Source: a virus
IMG/VR virus record: IMGVR_UViG_3300048838_000628
Coordinates: 18,024 to 82,023 of that record
DNA length: 64,000 nucleotides
Strand: one strand, 5' to 3'
Of this stretch, positions 38,007 through 46,643 are shown piece by piece; positions within the stretch are counted from its first letter, which is position 1, and every line of letters begins with the position of its first letter. The notes beneath the pieces were generated by a model, which was given only the letters and a program-made list of their open reading frames with translations, did not search any database and was not told the origin of the DNA. The translations under genes and the position numbers were made by a program.

Positions 38007-40043
38007 CTACGACGGCTCGTACTCTACGAGCTTTAGTTTGCCATTTTCCGCACTCGGATATGGCAATGCGACGGAGATTGGCAGGTAGAATTTTGATTGA
38101 GACCGCCACTGTATCGGGTCCCACGACGGGTTCCACAGTTGAACATCGAAACTGTACAGTTTCTCGGTTGTCCAAGTGGTATCGTCAGACGATCTGTAGG
38201 CCAGCAACCCAAAATCATCTGAGTTGTTATATCCGACGATAAACACCGTGTTGTCGCTGCGCCGAACTGCAATTCGGGGAGGGGATAGCACCGGATTAGC
38301 CAACCCCACAAACGTACCAACGATGTGTGGTCCAACGCCGGTTTTTACCCACGAAGTCCCGTTATGCCACGTGTGGAAAAAGCGTGAATTACTATCGACG
38401 TCGTTTTTAATGTATGCAAGATGCGGATTGCCATAACTGTCCGCGTCAATGCTTAATTGCGACGTTAATCCGGAGGATTTAGCAACCGCATCGATGATAT
38501 CACAGTTTGCGAGCGTAATTGGCACGGTCTGCGCTGAGCCATCGCTTTGTTCCCAATTTGCCCCGTCCCAGCGCACATATGACACATCGTGGTTAGCCAG
38601 TGACGAGATAGTTTCCCGCCAGATAAAGCCGAAGTGCATATAGCCACCCGCGCCGAAATCGTTATCAAATGCGGGTTGTCCCCAATAGGCGTTCTGATCC
38701 GGCGTGCTGTTTTTACCGTCGATCAGAAGCCCGGCCGTCGTTCCGGTTGCTGCCCCCCATGTCTCTGTCCCCGCGTTGTATACGTAGAAATACAGGTCAC
38801 CGTCACCACTGTCACCATCGCGAAACATATAATATAATGTTCCGGCAGGATCGGTGAAAAATGTGGGATATGTCATCGCAGATTCGTTCGTCCCCAGCAT
38901 CGACAGTTCCGCTGAAAGTTGACCGTTGAACGTATTTAGCGGCAGCGTAGACCGGCGGTATTTCATAGCCGACGTTCGCGTGTCATAGACAATGTGTAAA
39001 TAGCCGTTAACGTCAATGCCGATGTTGATGACATAGTGGAAATCATCGACTGTTTGTTGTAGTGTTGGAAGCGACGGGTTAGTACCGTCATAGGCGTACC
39101 ACGTCCAAGCGCCGTCAAGTACGCGAACCCCAATTCTCGCGTATTGGTTATCATCCCAATATGCAATTGCCTGGTAGGTTGTCGATCCAATAACGACGCT
39201 GTATATCGCGTTCTCGCGAAAAGTCGCGCCGTTGGAATTGTTAGACGTGAGAGAGTCGGTTGCGATTATAGTAGCCGTTTCTGCCACCGTTACCGGTTGC
39301 GCCAGATCGTTCCACATACCCTGAACGTCTGTTAGCGTTAGTGTTGTCCCACCCCAATAGGCCACATAAGCCAACGCGCCATCGAGGACGCGCGTATTCG
39401 CGGCAGATGCACCAACTAATGCAATGGTGAGATTGCCAACCCATGCGCCAAGGGTCGCAGGTGATTGACTGTTTATCAGCGCGCCATTAAGATACATTTG
39501 CACAGAGTCATCGCTCTTGGAATAGACGAGCGTTAACTGCATCCAACCTTGATTGGCGTATAGGCTACTCCCCTGATCCGTCGTGCCGTCCGCCGTATAT
39601 CTCCATCCGAGCTGGTTAACTGTGTTTTTCTGCAGGAATACAAGATTGGTCCCATCGGCAAACAGATGGAAGAATCTATTGTCGCGACTATCGTAATAGG
39701 CGTCACCCATACGCACGCAAATAGATACAGATCCCTCACTTTGGTTAAACACGCTGGCCAATGCAGATGTGAACACATTCCCGATACTGCTTGCCCCGTC
39801 ACTGACCGGCGACATTTCACCGGGAATAGGACCCGGAACAGATTGCAAGCTCCATCCCGATTGCGTCCCCTCATATCCTGCCGGAACGGAAGTGATTGCA
39901 GCCCCGGACGCAATATCTACGAGAGGGTAAACAACTGACGCCCCGTAGTTAGCAACCAATCGCTCGGCGTAGTTCATAAGCGCGCCCGCCCCGCTGCGCC
40001 ACGTCGGGATGTCTACCAGTCGTCCTATGCTAATACGTGTCAT
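38007..40043 (-). CDS. LamG/concanavalin-like lectin domain + BNR-4 repeat beta-propeller
   Basis: W.QLTLVY...MYLNG, G.LAYVAYW (LamG); IAYWD, D.HYVINIGID.NGYLH, TYPTFF, RDG.SG.GD (BNR_4). Confidence 0.8.
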   Translation of the reverse strand: MTRISIGRLVDIPTWRSGAGALMNYAERLVANYGASVVYPLVDIASGAAITSVPAGYEGTQSGWSLQSVPGPIPGEMSPVSDGASSIGNVFTSALASVFNQSEGSVSICVRMGDAYYDSRDNRFFHLFADGTNLVFLQKNTVNQLGWRYTADGTTDQGSSLYANQGWMQLTLVYSKSDDSVQMYLNGALINSQSPATLGAWVGNLTIALVGASAANTRVLDGALAYVAYWGGTTLTLTDVQGMWNDLAQPVTVAETATIIATDSLTSNNSNGATFRENAIYSVVIGSTTYQAIAYWDDNQYARIGVRVLDGAWTWYAYDGTNPSLPTLQQTVDDFHYVINIGIDVNGYLHIVYDTRTSAMKYRRSTLPLNTFNGQLSAELSMLGTNESAMTYPTFFTDPAGTLYYMFRDGDSGDGDLYFYVYNAGTETWGAATGTTAGLLIDGKNSTPDQNAYWGQPAFDNDFGAGGYMHFGFIWRETISSLANHDVSYVRWDGANWEQSDGSAQTVPITLANCDIIDAVAKSSGLTSQLSIDADSYGNPHLAYIKNDVDSNSRFFHTWHNGTSWVKTGVGPHIVGTFVGLANPVLSPPRIAVRRSDNTVFIVGYNNSDDFGLLAYRSSDDTTWTTEKLYSFDVQLWNPSWDPIQWRSQSKFYLPISVALPYPSAENGKLKLVEYEPS

Positions 40044-40141
40044 GGTCTCAACTCCTCACCGCGCGGTTCTTTCCACGCCAGATAAACGATCCCCACCAAC
40101 AGCGCCAAGGCTGCGATATTCCCTATTATGTAAAGGATCAT
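40040..40141 (-). CDS. 33-aa single-TM peptide MILYIIGNIAALALLVGIVYLAWKEPRGEELRP
   Basis: ATG one base after the upstream stop; its stop overlaps the next ATG. Confidence 0.5.
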   Translation of the reverse strand: MILYIIGNIAALALLVGIVYLAWKEPRGEELRP

Positions 40142-40142
40142 C

Positions 40143-40508
40143 TTATTCGCCCTTAACTTGCTTAAGCGCTTTCTCCCACGCTTCAGCAGATACACGATAC
40201 GTCCCACGGGTATGCCAAGTATTAGCGCCACCGTAACTAGCGACAAATTTCTGTAAACTATCTGTAGCAATCAAGTAAATATCGCCAGTCTCGGTTCCTA
40301 GAAGAACATGAGCGTAAGAGAAATAACTATCGTAAACTACAGTGATGTTCCCAAATGAATGAGTGCGTTCAGGAGTTTTAAACCCTGTAATGCTGTTCCA
40401 ATCTACAACTTCGCCTTCCAGCAAAGCCAAAGAAAGATCGAAACTTCCTTCAGACCAATAGGGCTCTGACCAGACAACTGCTATAGCGCCATCTTTAAAT
40501 ATTCTCAT
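40143..40508 (-). CDS. hypothetical protein (start MRIFKDG)
   Basis: ATG follows the upstream stop. Confidence 0.6.
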   Translation of the reverse strand: MRIFKDGAIAVVWSEPYWSEGSFDLSLALLEGEVVDWNSITGFKTPERTHSFGNITVVYDSYFSYAHVLLGTETGDIYLIATDSLQKFVASYGGANTWHTRGTYRVSAEAWEKALKQVKGE

Positions 40509-40509
40509 G

Positions 40510-40908
40510 TTAATTGCCAGTATACAAATAAAGTGTTCTTTCAGCAGCCTGATTAACCGCTGTAGCCGCGCCAACTGTCACAGAAAGAATCTTCATGTAA
40601 CGCATTCGCTGAATAGGAGCCCAAATCTCAGCAGGAAGGTGATAAATACCTTTTGCATTGGTTTTAATACCGGAAATACGTACTTCGGTACCTTCGTGGT
40701 CATAAGCTGTTGCTAAATCAACTGTATCACCATTAGGCGCAAACTGGAAGATAATATCGGCAGCAGTCCAAACAGAAGGAACAATAATAAAGCCACCACG
40801 CGGCTCGCTAAAATGCCATAAATCAATAGGGTCGAGATGCGTGTTAGAGCTAATTGGAATTGTCACGCTTGTAGCAAATGTTTCGTTAAGCCTAGCCGTT
40901 GTAGTCAC
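40510..40908 (-). CDS. small virion structural / decoration protein
   Basis: PSVWTAADIIFQ motif typical of small beta-rich phage head-region proteins; directly after the capsid gene. Confidence 0.6.
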   Translation of the reverse strand: MTTTARLNETFATSVTIPISSNTHLDPIDLWHFSEPRGGFIIVPSVWTAADIIFQFAPNGDTVDLATAYDHEGTEVRISGIKTNAKGIYHLPAEIWAPIQRMRYMKILSVTVGAATAVNQAAERTLYLYTGN

Positions 40909-40921
40909 TTTTTACTCTTTC

Positions 40922-40949
40922 TAAACAGGAGGGGCGGTCAAGCCGCCCC
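40922..40949 (-). terminator. hairpin / weak terminator after major capsid gene
   Basis: GGGGCGG-cttga-CCGCCCC, poor U-tract. Confidence 0.6.
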
Positions 40950-40964
40950 AAACCTAAAGTCTAA

Positions 40965-42647
40965 TTACGCAGCTTCGTCGTAGGTGACGATAGTAACAGT
41001 CGCGGTATCGCTACCGGCTGCATTGGTAATGGTGTAAACATAGGTGTCAACACCCTCAAAGGTTGCGCTCGGAGGCACATACGTGAACCCGCCATCAACA
41101 GTAATAGTAATCGTACCGCCTTCGGTCGTAGCAACAGTTGTAACTGCCGTAGCTGCCGGAGCAGGAGTACCAGTGTCGTTTACCAACAGACCGCTACCAG
41201 CGGCAACAACTAGCGAACTAGCACCAACTTCACGGGTGTAGAAGTCATTGTTCGCAACAGGAGCAACCTGAGTTACGAACCCACTAGCCTTCGGGTAACT
41301 AACCAAGTTACCTTCAAAGAAGAATGTACTCAAAGGATCACCAGACTTTGCACCATAGATGCTATCGCAAGCAACATCGATAATTTTCATTTGTGCCCAA
41401 GGACCGGGCATGTCAACGCGCCACTGAAGTTCAGTGTGGATGCGATAGCAAGTGTGGTCAAGCGTCTTCCACGACAGAATGCGCGAATTATCGCTAACCA
41501 TGTACTCGCTACCAGCCGGAGGAGTAGCCGCAACAGCCGACATATCCTTAACCTGAATACGAACCAGCGGCGTATTACCGACATTGGGCGTCAGGATCAG
41601 AATAGTAGCAAGAGCAGGGTCCCCAGGTTCCGCACCAGCCGACAACAGACCGTAGTCGTAGGGGAAGAACACAACCGGAACGCCATGGAACGTCAAGGTA
41701 ACATTCTGACCGGCCATAAGCGTGTTCTTAAGCTGATTCAGCATAGCCTGAACTTCACTTTCCATCATCCACTCTTTGTTGCCGCCGCAATGCGTGTGGC
41801 AAACCCAAGCGTCAATCAGACAGTTGAGATGTTCAGTCGGGATAAGGCCAATGTGTGTCGGCATACCGGACAGCGAAGAATGGGCAATACGCTGGCGGGT
41901 CAAGCGAAGGAACGAGGCCACATAGTCATAGAAAGCATAGCCGTCAGTAACAGCATCGCCATTAAACGTAACACCAGTAGCGCCATTCTCAGGAGCAAAG
42001 CTGTTGCCATTATAGTCAATAACCGTGCTGTCCATAGACGTACAGGCTTCACCGGTTTCGGGATCAGTGTAGCCATAAGTCACTAGCTGAAGCAGACCAT
42101 CGGCCTCGCCAGCGTTCGATTTATTGCCGTTGATAATAAATCTCTGAAGGTCTTGCAGCATAACAGTCGTCTGACGAACCACGTCCCACTCATAGTCGTC
42201 ATCGATCATATTCCCGCCGATGTCATAAATCGGGCGCTGTGACGAATAACGAATAGGCAGGTCGGTAATGTCACGCGTGTCTGATGACTTGCGCATACGG
42301 CCCCAACCCTCTAGCAGATACGAACAGCCACCAGACTCAACACCAGTACCCGGAGCGCACGCATCAGCATGAGCGCTAGAAACAGGTGAACCATCGGCAG
42401 TACCAGCAGGTGCAACATAAGTCAGGAAATTACGCTTAATCAAATGAACATTGCTGTTCACAAAACCAATAGCATCAAGAGCGCGATTGTAGCCACCCAA
42501 AAGGGTGAAAGAAACAATAGCGTCTTCCGAATCGAGATCAAACAACGGCTGGTTATACAAACCATCAACCGGCCCAATCGACAGCGCTTCCGTACCAGAA
42601 TCACGCTTGATGAAATTACCGCCCTTTGAATTACGTTTCTGCATCAT
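40965..42647 (-). CDS. major capsid protein with in-frame C-terminal Ig-like (Big_9/cadherin-like) domain
   Basis: Follows protease/scaffold; strong codon bias; FIING...EADGL; C-terminal APVANND...LLVND...DGGFTYVP...FEGVDTYVYTI. Confidence 0.85.
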   Translation of the reverse strand: MMQKRNSKGGNFIKRDSGTEALSIGPVDGLYNQPLFDLDSEDAIVSFTLLGGYNRALDAIGFVNSNVHLIKRNFLTYVAPAGTADGSPVSSAHADACAPGTGVESGGCSYLLEGWGRMRKSSDTRDITDLPIRYSSQRPIYDIGGNMIDDDYEWDVVRQTTVMLQDLQRFIINGNKSNAGEADGLLQLVTYGYTDPETGEACTSMDSTVIDYNGNSFAPENGATGVTFNGDAVTDGYAFYDYVASFLRLTRQRIAHSSLSGMPTHIGLIPTEHLNCLIDAWVCHTHCGGNKEWMMESEVQAMLNQLKNTLMAGQNVTLTFHGVPVVFFPYDYGLLSAGAEPGDPALATILILTPNVGNTPLVRIQVKDMSAVAATPPAGSEYMVSDNSRILSWKTLDHTCYRIHTELQWRVDMPGPWAQMKIIDVACDSIYGAKSGDPLSTFFFEGNLVSYPKASGFVTQVAPVANNDFYTREVGASSLVVAAGSGLLVNDTGTPAPAATAVTTVATTEGGTITITVDGGFTYVPPSATFEGVDTYVYTITNAAGSDTATVTIVTYDEAA

Positions 42648-42655
42648 AGTCTTAA

Positions 42656-43963
42656 TTAACCCTTTGTCACTTTAATTTTTTCACGATTAGCGCGGGCACG
42701 TTCACGCGGGGACATTTCTTCTTCGTCCTTAGTTTCAGCTTCCGGCTCAGTAAACTGTTTGTAAACAACTTTAACATTACGATTACGAACCGCAGTTGAC
42801 AAGCTTAGTGTCGCTTCCTGAATCTTTTCATTGTCCTCGCGTTCAACAGAAGCAAGACGCTCTGTTAGTTCATCAATACGCGCACGAGCAGTTTCAAGTT
42901 CAGCAACCAATTCACTACTGTCAAAAACGGGGACAGTGATCTTTTCAGCAACCTTGATAGCAATTGCGTCGATAATTTCTTCAGTAATCTCAAGCTCTAC
43001 TTCTTCGGGAGCTTCTTCTTCGACAACCGGTTCTTCGACCACAACTTCAGGCTCAGGTTCAGGATCACCGTCGCGTGTAATCATTTTTTCATCTTCAATC
43101 TTTCGGCTGCGCACATTGGCGTCATCCAAAAGCGATTCAACTTCGTCTTCGGCTTCTGTGCCGAGAAATTCGAGCAAGGCTTTCTTTGCCCGATCACGGT
43201 CATAACCCATGTTTCCACTCCTTAAACTAGAAATAGTAGTAAAGTAGCTCGCCGCAGCATTTTCTTTGAGCAAAGAACACTCAATTAAGATACCGCGATT
43301 GAACGTACTGATTTCGGTGTTACCAATTCGGATCACTTCAGGTTCTTCTGTAATCCTAAATCCAATGCTTATGCCCCAAACACCATCACTATTATCGCCC
43401 AACTTTTCAGCAATTCGAGAGCCAATAGTGGTAGTTTCGTCAACAAGACCGGAGATAATGAGAAACTTCTCATATCTGAATACTTTTTCCACAGTGCCAA
43501 AGCGCACCGCTTCACCGAGATGATAAAAGGTTAGATATGCTTTATCTTCTTGATCTTCGTAGGCTTCTTCAAACGAATCAAATAAAGCCGTTGTGTCAAG
43601 CTCAGCAACTCGATTCAAAACAGCCGCAGCCGCAATTCCATAAAAATATAGTTGACCATCAGCATTTCTACGAACGAATGTACGAGAACGCTCAGCGGGT
43701 ACTTCTACATACTCAATTGCAACTTCAGTGGGTTCGCTAAGAGTAACAGAGTCATTAGCGTAATCAACACCTAAACGGTATAGCTTCCCATTGTCAGTTA
43801 CAACAATGTAGTCGCCTTGTTCTGAACGCATGTATTCTAAAAGATAAGGATAATCAAACCCCGAAGAAGTTTCTAGTGCCTCATAAATCTGAGTAAAAAA
43901 CTGGTCGTTTGTCAACTCCCTGTTAACACCCAAAAGGCTTTTAAAAACATTTTTTAAGCCCAT
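42656..43963 (-). CDS. prohead protease / scaffold fusion
   Basis: LTFYH, WGISIGF, IECSLL..AA protease-like motifs; acidic coiled-coil C-terminus. Confidence 0.78.
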   Translation of the reverse strand: MGLKNVFKSLLGVNRELTNDQFFTQIYEALETSSGFDYPYLLEYMRSEQGDYIVVTDNGKLYRLGVDYANDSVTLSEPTEVAIEYVEVPAERSRTFVRRNADGQLYFYGIAAAAVLNRVAELDTTALFDSFEEAYEDQEDKAYLTFYHLGEAVRFGTVEKVFRYEKFLIISGLVDETTTIGSRIAEKLGDNSDGVWGISIGFRITEEPEVIRIGNTEISTFNRGILIECSLLKENAAASYFTTISSLRSGNMGYDRDRAKKALLEFLGTEAEDEVESLLDDANVRSRKIEDEKMITRDGDPEPEPEVVVEEPVVEEEAPEEVELEITEEIIDAIAIKVAEKITVPVFDSSELVAELETARARIDELTERLASVEREDNEKIQEATLSLSTAVRNRNVKVVYKQFTEPEAETKDEEEMSPRERARANREKIKVTKG

Positions 43964-43975
43964 AAATGCGTTTCC

Positions 43976-44557
43976 TTAACACTCATAAGTACAGCCGTGG
44001 TTATTTATCCACGCCTCTAAATAATCCGAACCAAAAGTTTGTTCTATCCATAGCATAGGCGGTTTGGCATTTTTTGTTAAATTGCATTTAGCACATGTCA
44101 AAGCAATATTAGAAGAATTATTATTGCCGCCTTTAGCCAGCGGTATAATATGATCTATATGGTATTTATCCTCAATAGAGCAATAACAATAAAAACATAA
44201 GCCGTTTTGTGCCTTAAATTTCTCTAAAATATCTGAATCAGCAAAAGTCCCCTCAGCATTTCGTAGCCTGGCTCTACGCTTTGCTCGACTTATTTTTTGA
44301 CTGAGTTTAAATTTGGAACGATTTTTGCTTCTATATTCGCTAATCTTGTTTTTGTAATATTTTAGATTATCATAATATTTTTTTGATTGTTTTTGTCTAA
44401 TCTTAGACTTATTTGCTTCAACATATTTTTTATTCATTTGGTTCTTACATTTTTTACAACAATTCTCAAAACATCCACCATATCTTTTTCTCCACTGAAA
44501 AAATTCTTCAGTTAATGGAAGTTCCTCGTTACATTTTGGACAAATCTTCATGTCCAC
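43976..44557 (-). CDS. HNH endonuclease
   Basis: CPKC...CKKC; CFYC...HIDHIIPLAKGG.N...N....CAKCN. Confidence 0.92.
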   Translation of the reverse strand: MDMKICPKCNEELPLTEEFFQWRKRYGGCFENCCKKCKNQMNKKYVEANKSKIRQKQSKKYYDNLKYYKNKISEYRSKNRSKFKLSQKISRAKRRARLRNAEGTFADSDILEKFKAQNGLCFYCYCSIEDKYHIDHIIPLAKGGNNNSSNIALTCAKCNLTKNAKPPMLWIEQTFGSDYLEAWINNHGCTYEC

Positions 44558-45996
44558 TAGTACGCTCTTTTCCTTAGCATTTCATCGCCATTTTTATATA
44601 ATACTTCTACATTGCCATTTGGAAACTCGTATTCATATAATTTATCTGGCGCGTCATAATTACCGATAATCTCGCGTTTTGAATTATATGAATAGGTTAT
44701 GATCGGTTCATCAGGATAGGTTTTAGCAAAGCGACGAATCTCAAAGTTATCTCTGGCACGCTGGCGAACATGCTGAAGGTCTGTGACCGTTAGACTTTTA
44801 TCTTCAATTCCAGCAATCCAGTCACGAGGCAAAATACCACTTTTGGCAAGAAGATAACGTCCTTCTTGTGCATCAATCAATTCGCTATCTTTCATAGACT
44901 TAATATTCGCAATGACAAGAGCGTTGATTTCTTCTTGTGCTAAGGTATCATCATCGTTACGCATGTTAAAATCGAATAATACGCTCGGCGGCAAGAAATA
45001 AGATTGTATTTGATCTTGAAAACTTAATGCAAATTCTAATTCACCCATATAAGTCGTGTTTTTTCGCATAGCGTCGATTTCACGACCGCGCCCAAAAGTT
45101 CCCGATTCCGGCGTCCAAAACTGATAAATGTTTGTACCAAATGCTAAAGAATACGCTTTCATAATATTATCCAGCCAATCGCGCAAATTGAAGTTATCAG
45201 GAAGTTCAGATAAGCCAATTAAATCTAATTTTGCATTAGGGTCTTTAACAAACAACCCAAAAACACCATCATATGTTGCCGTATCTTGGTTTTCTTTTTC
45301 TTGCTGAAAATTAGCTACTGCTGAATCCCATTCTTGGCGTCCTACCCCTGTTGCAAAAAGAATTCCTTTTGGCGGGGCTACTCCTAGCTTTTCAAGCTGA
45401 TGATAGTGCAGACCTATCATCAAACGGGTAAACAACAGCGCTCTTTCAATTGCGCAAAAGCCAGCGTAATTTAGCTTTTCTTGAACAGCAGGCATCGAAT
45501 TTCCGTGAATATAAGTTTCCCGACGGAGTTTCTTTTTGCCTGTCGCTGGATAATAATACATTGGATAATCACGCGCACCTGTCATACGCAGACGCGAGGG
45601 ATCAACATGCCACATGGTATCCGAAACCTTATTCCCGTCAACTCCAATTTCGGAGACATAACCTAAATTCGAAGAATACCAAGCTGTAGAATTTAGGGAC
45701 AAGAATTGCCGCCAACCTTCGTTGTTATGGACAGTATGAAGCTTTTTAGCAAAATTACTTACTAAACGTGCCCCACCAGTTAATGTCCAGGCCCTATTCT
45801 TGTCCCTTGCTACTGACGCCGCTAATACACTGGCTATTAAGCTCTCTGATCTCCAGAAATGTTGTAGCGCTTCGTCACGCTTCCGCGTATCGGCTTCATA
45901 AGGTGGTAAGACCTGATCCGATCTAGTAACCATGTTAATAATACGACGAAACATCATCTCGTCGTTGTCAAACCTATCTTTTTGAATAGTTGTCAT
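44557..45996 (-). CDS. portal protein
   Basis: Position between TerL and protease; WHVDP, PKGIL, AFG motifs; TAATG-coupled ATG at 45996. Confidence 0.8.
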   Translation of the reverse strand: MTTIQKDRFDNDEMMFRRIINMVTRSDQVLPPYEADTRKRDEALQHFWRSESLIASVLAASVARDKNRAWTLTGGARLVSNFAKKLHTVHNNEGWRQFLSLNSTAWYSSNLGYVSEIGVDGNKVSDTMWHVDPSRLRMTGARDYPMYYYPATGKKKLRRETYIHGNSMPAVQEKLNYAGFCAIERALLFTRLMIGLHYHQLEKLGVAPPKGILFATGVGRQEWDSAVANFQQEKENQDTATYDGVFGLFVKDPNAKLDLIGLSELPDNFNLRDWLDNIMKAYSLAFGTNIYQFWTPESGTFGRGREIDAMRKNTTYMGELEFALSFQDQIQSYFLPPSVLFDFNMRNDDDTLAQEEINALVIANIKSMKDSELIDAQEGRYLLAKSGILPRDWIAGIEDKSLTVTDLQHVRQRARDNFEIRRFAKTYPDEPIITYSYNSKREIIGNYDAPDKLYEYEFPNGNVEVLYKNGDEMLRKRAY

Positions 45997-46643
45997 TAAA
46001 TACCGTAGCCCTTCCATTCGCTCAGTAGTTTTGTGCCTTTTGATAAATTACACCTTGGACACGATAATGCCAAATTATCTGGCCAATTTGAACCACCACG
46101 CGATAATGGTATAATATGATCTATGTGGAAGGTATCTTTTAATTTTTCATCACAATAAGCACAAATACCATTTTGTTTTAAATATAAAGTCTCTATGTCG
46201 TTTTTATTATATCGTCCATCAGCATTTCTAATTCTTGCGCGCCTGTTAACATGATAAGCTCTACAAGATTCTGGATTATTTTGACGCCAGATTTTGTTTT
46301 GAAGGCTATATAAAAACTTATTATTATGATAATTGGATTTTTTACGCGCTCGCTCTTTTAAAAGAAATTTAGGATTATTTTTTCTATATTCTCTAAATTT
46401 CTTTAAAATTTCTTCTTTATTATTTTCATATTTTTCTTTTCTTCTTTGCGCCAACTCAACAGCGTTTTCTTCTCTATATTGGCGAGCGTATTCAATCCAT
46501 TTTTCATTATATTTTTTATAAGTTTCTCTTTGCATTTTGCTTTGACATTTTTTACATCTAGGCTGTAAACGACCTTTTGTATGTAAATTAAAATATTCTC
46601 TAGTTGCCGGAAACTCTTGGCCGCATAAAGTACATTTCTTCAT
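45996..46643 (-). CDS. HNH endonuclease (paralog of 43976..44557)
   Basis: CTLC...CKKC; CAYC...HIDHIIPLSRGGSN...CPRCN. Confidence 0.92.
   Translation of the reverse strand: MKKCTLCGQEFPATREYFNLHTKGRLQPRCKKCQSKMQRETYKKYNEKWIEYARQYREENAVELAQRRKEKYENNKEEILKKFREYRKNNPKFLLKERARKKSNYHNNKFLYSLQNKIWRQNNPESCRAYHVNRRARIRNADGRYNKNDIETLYLKQNGICAYCDEKLKDTFHIDHIIPLSRGGSNWPDNLALSCPRCNLSKGTKLLSEWKGYGI

Noticed and set aside
37688-40141. IS/transposon identity for the GC-rich cassette
   Set aside because: No transposase, terminal inverted repeats or convincing target-site duplication.
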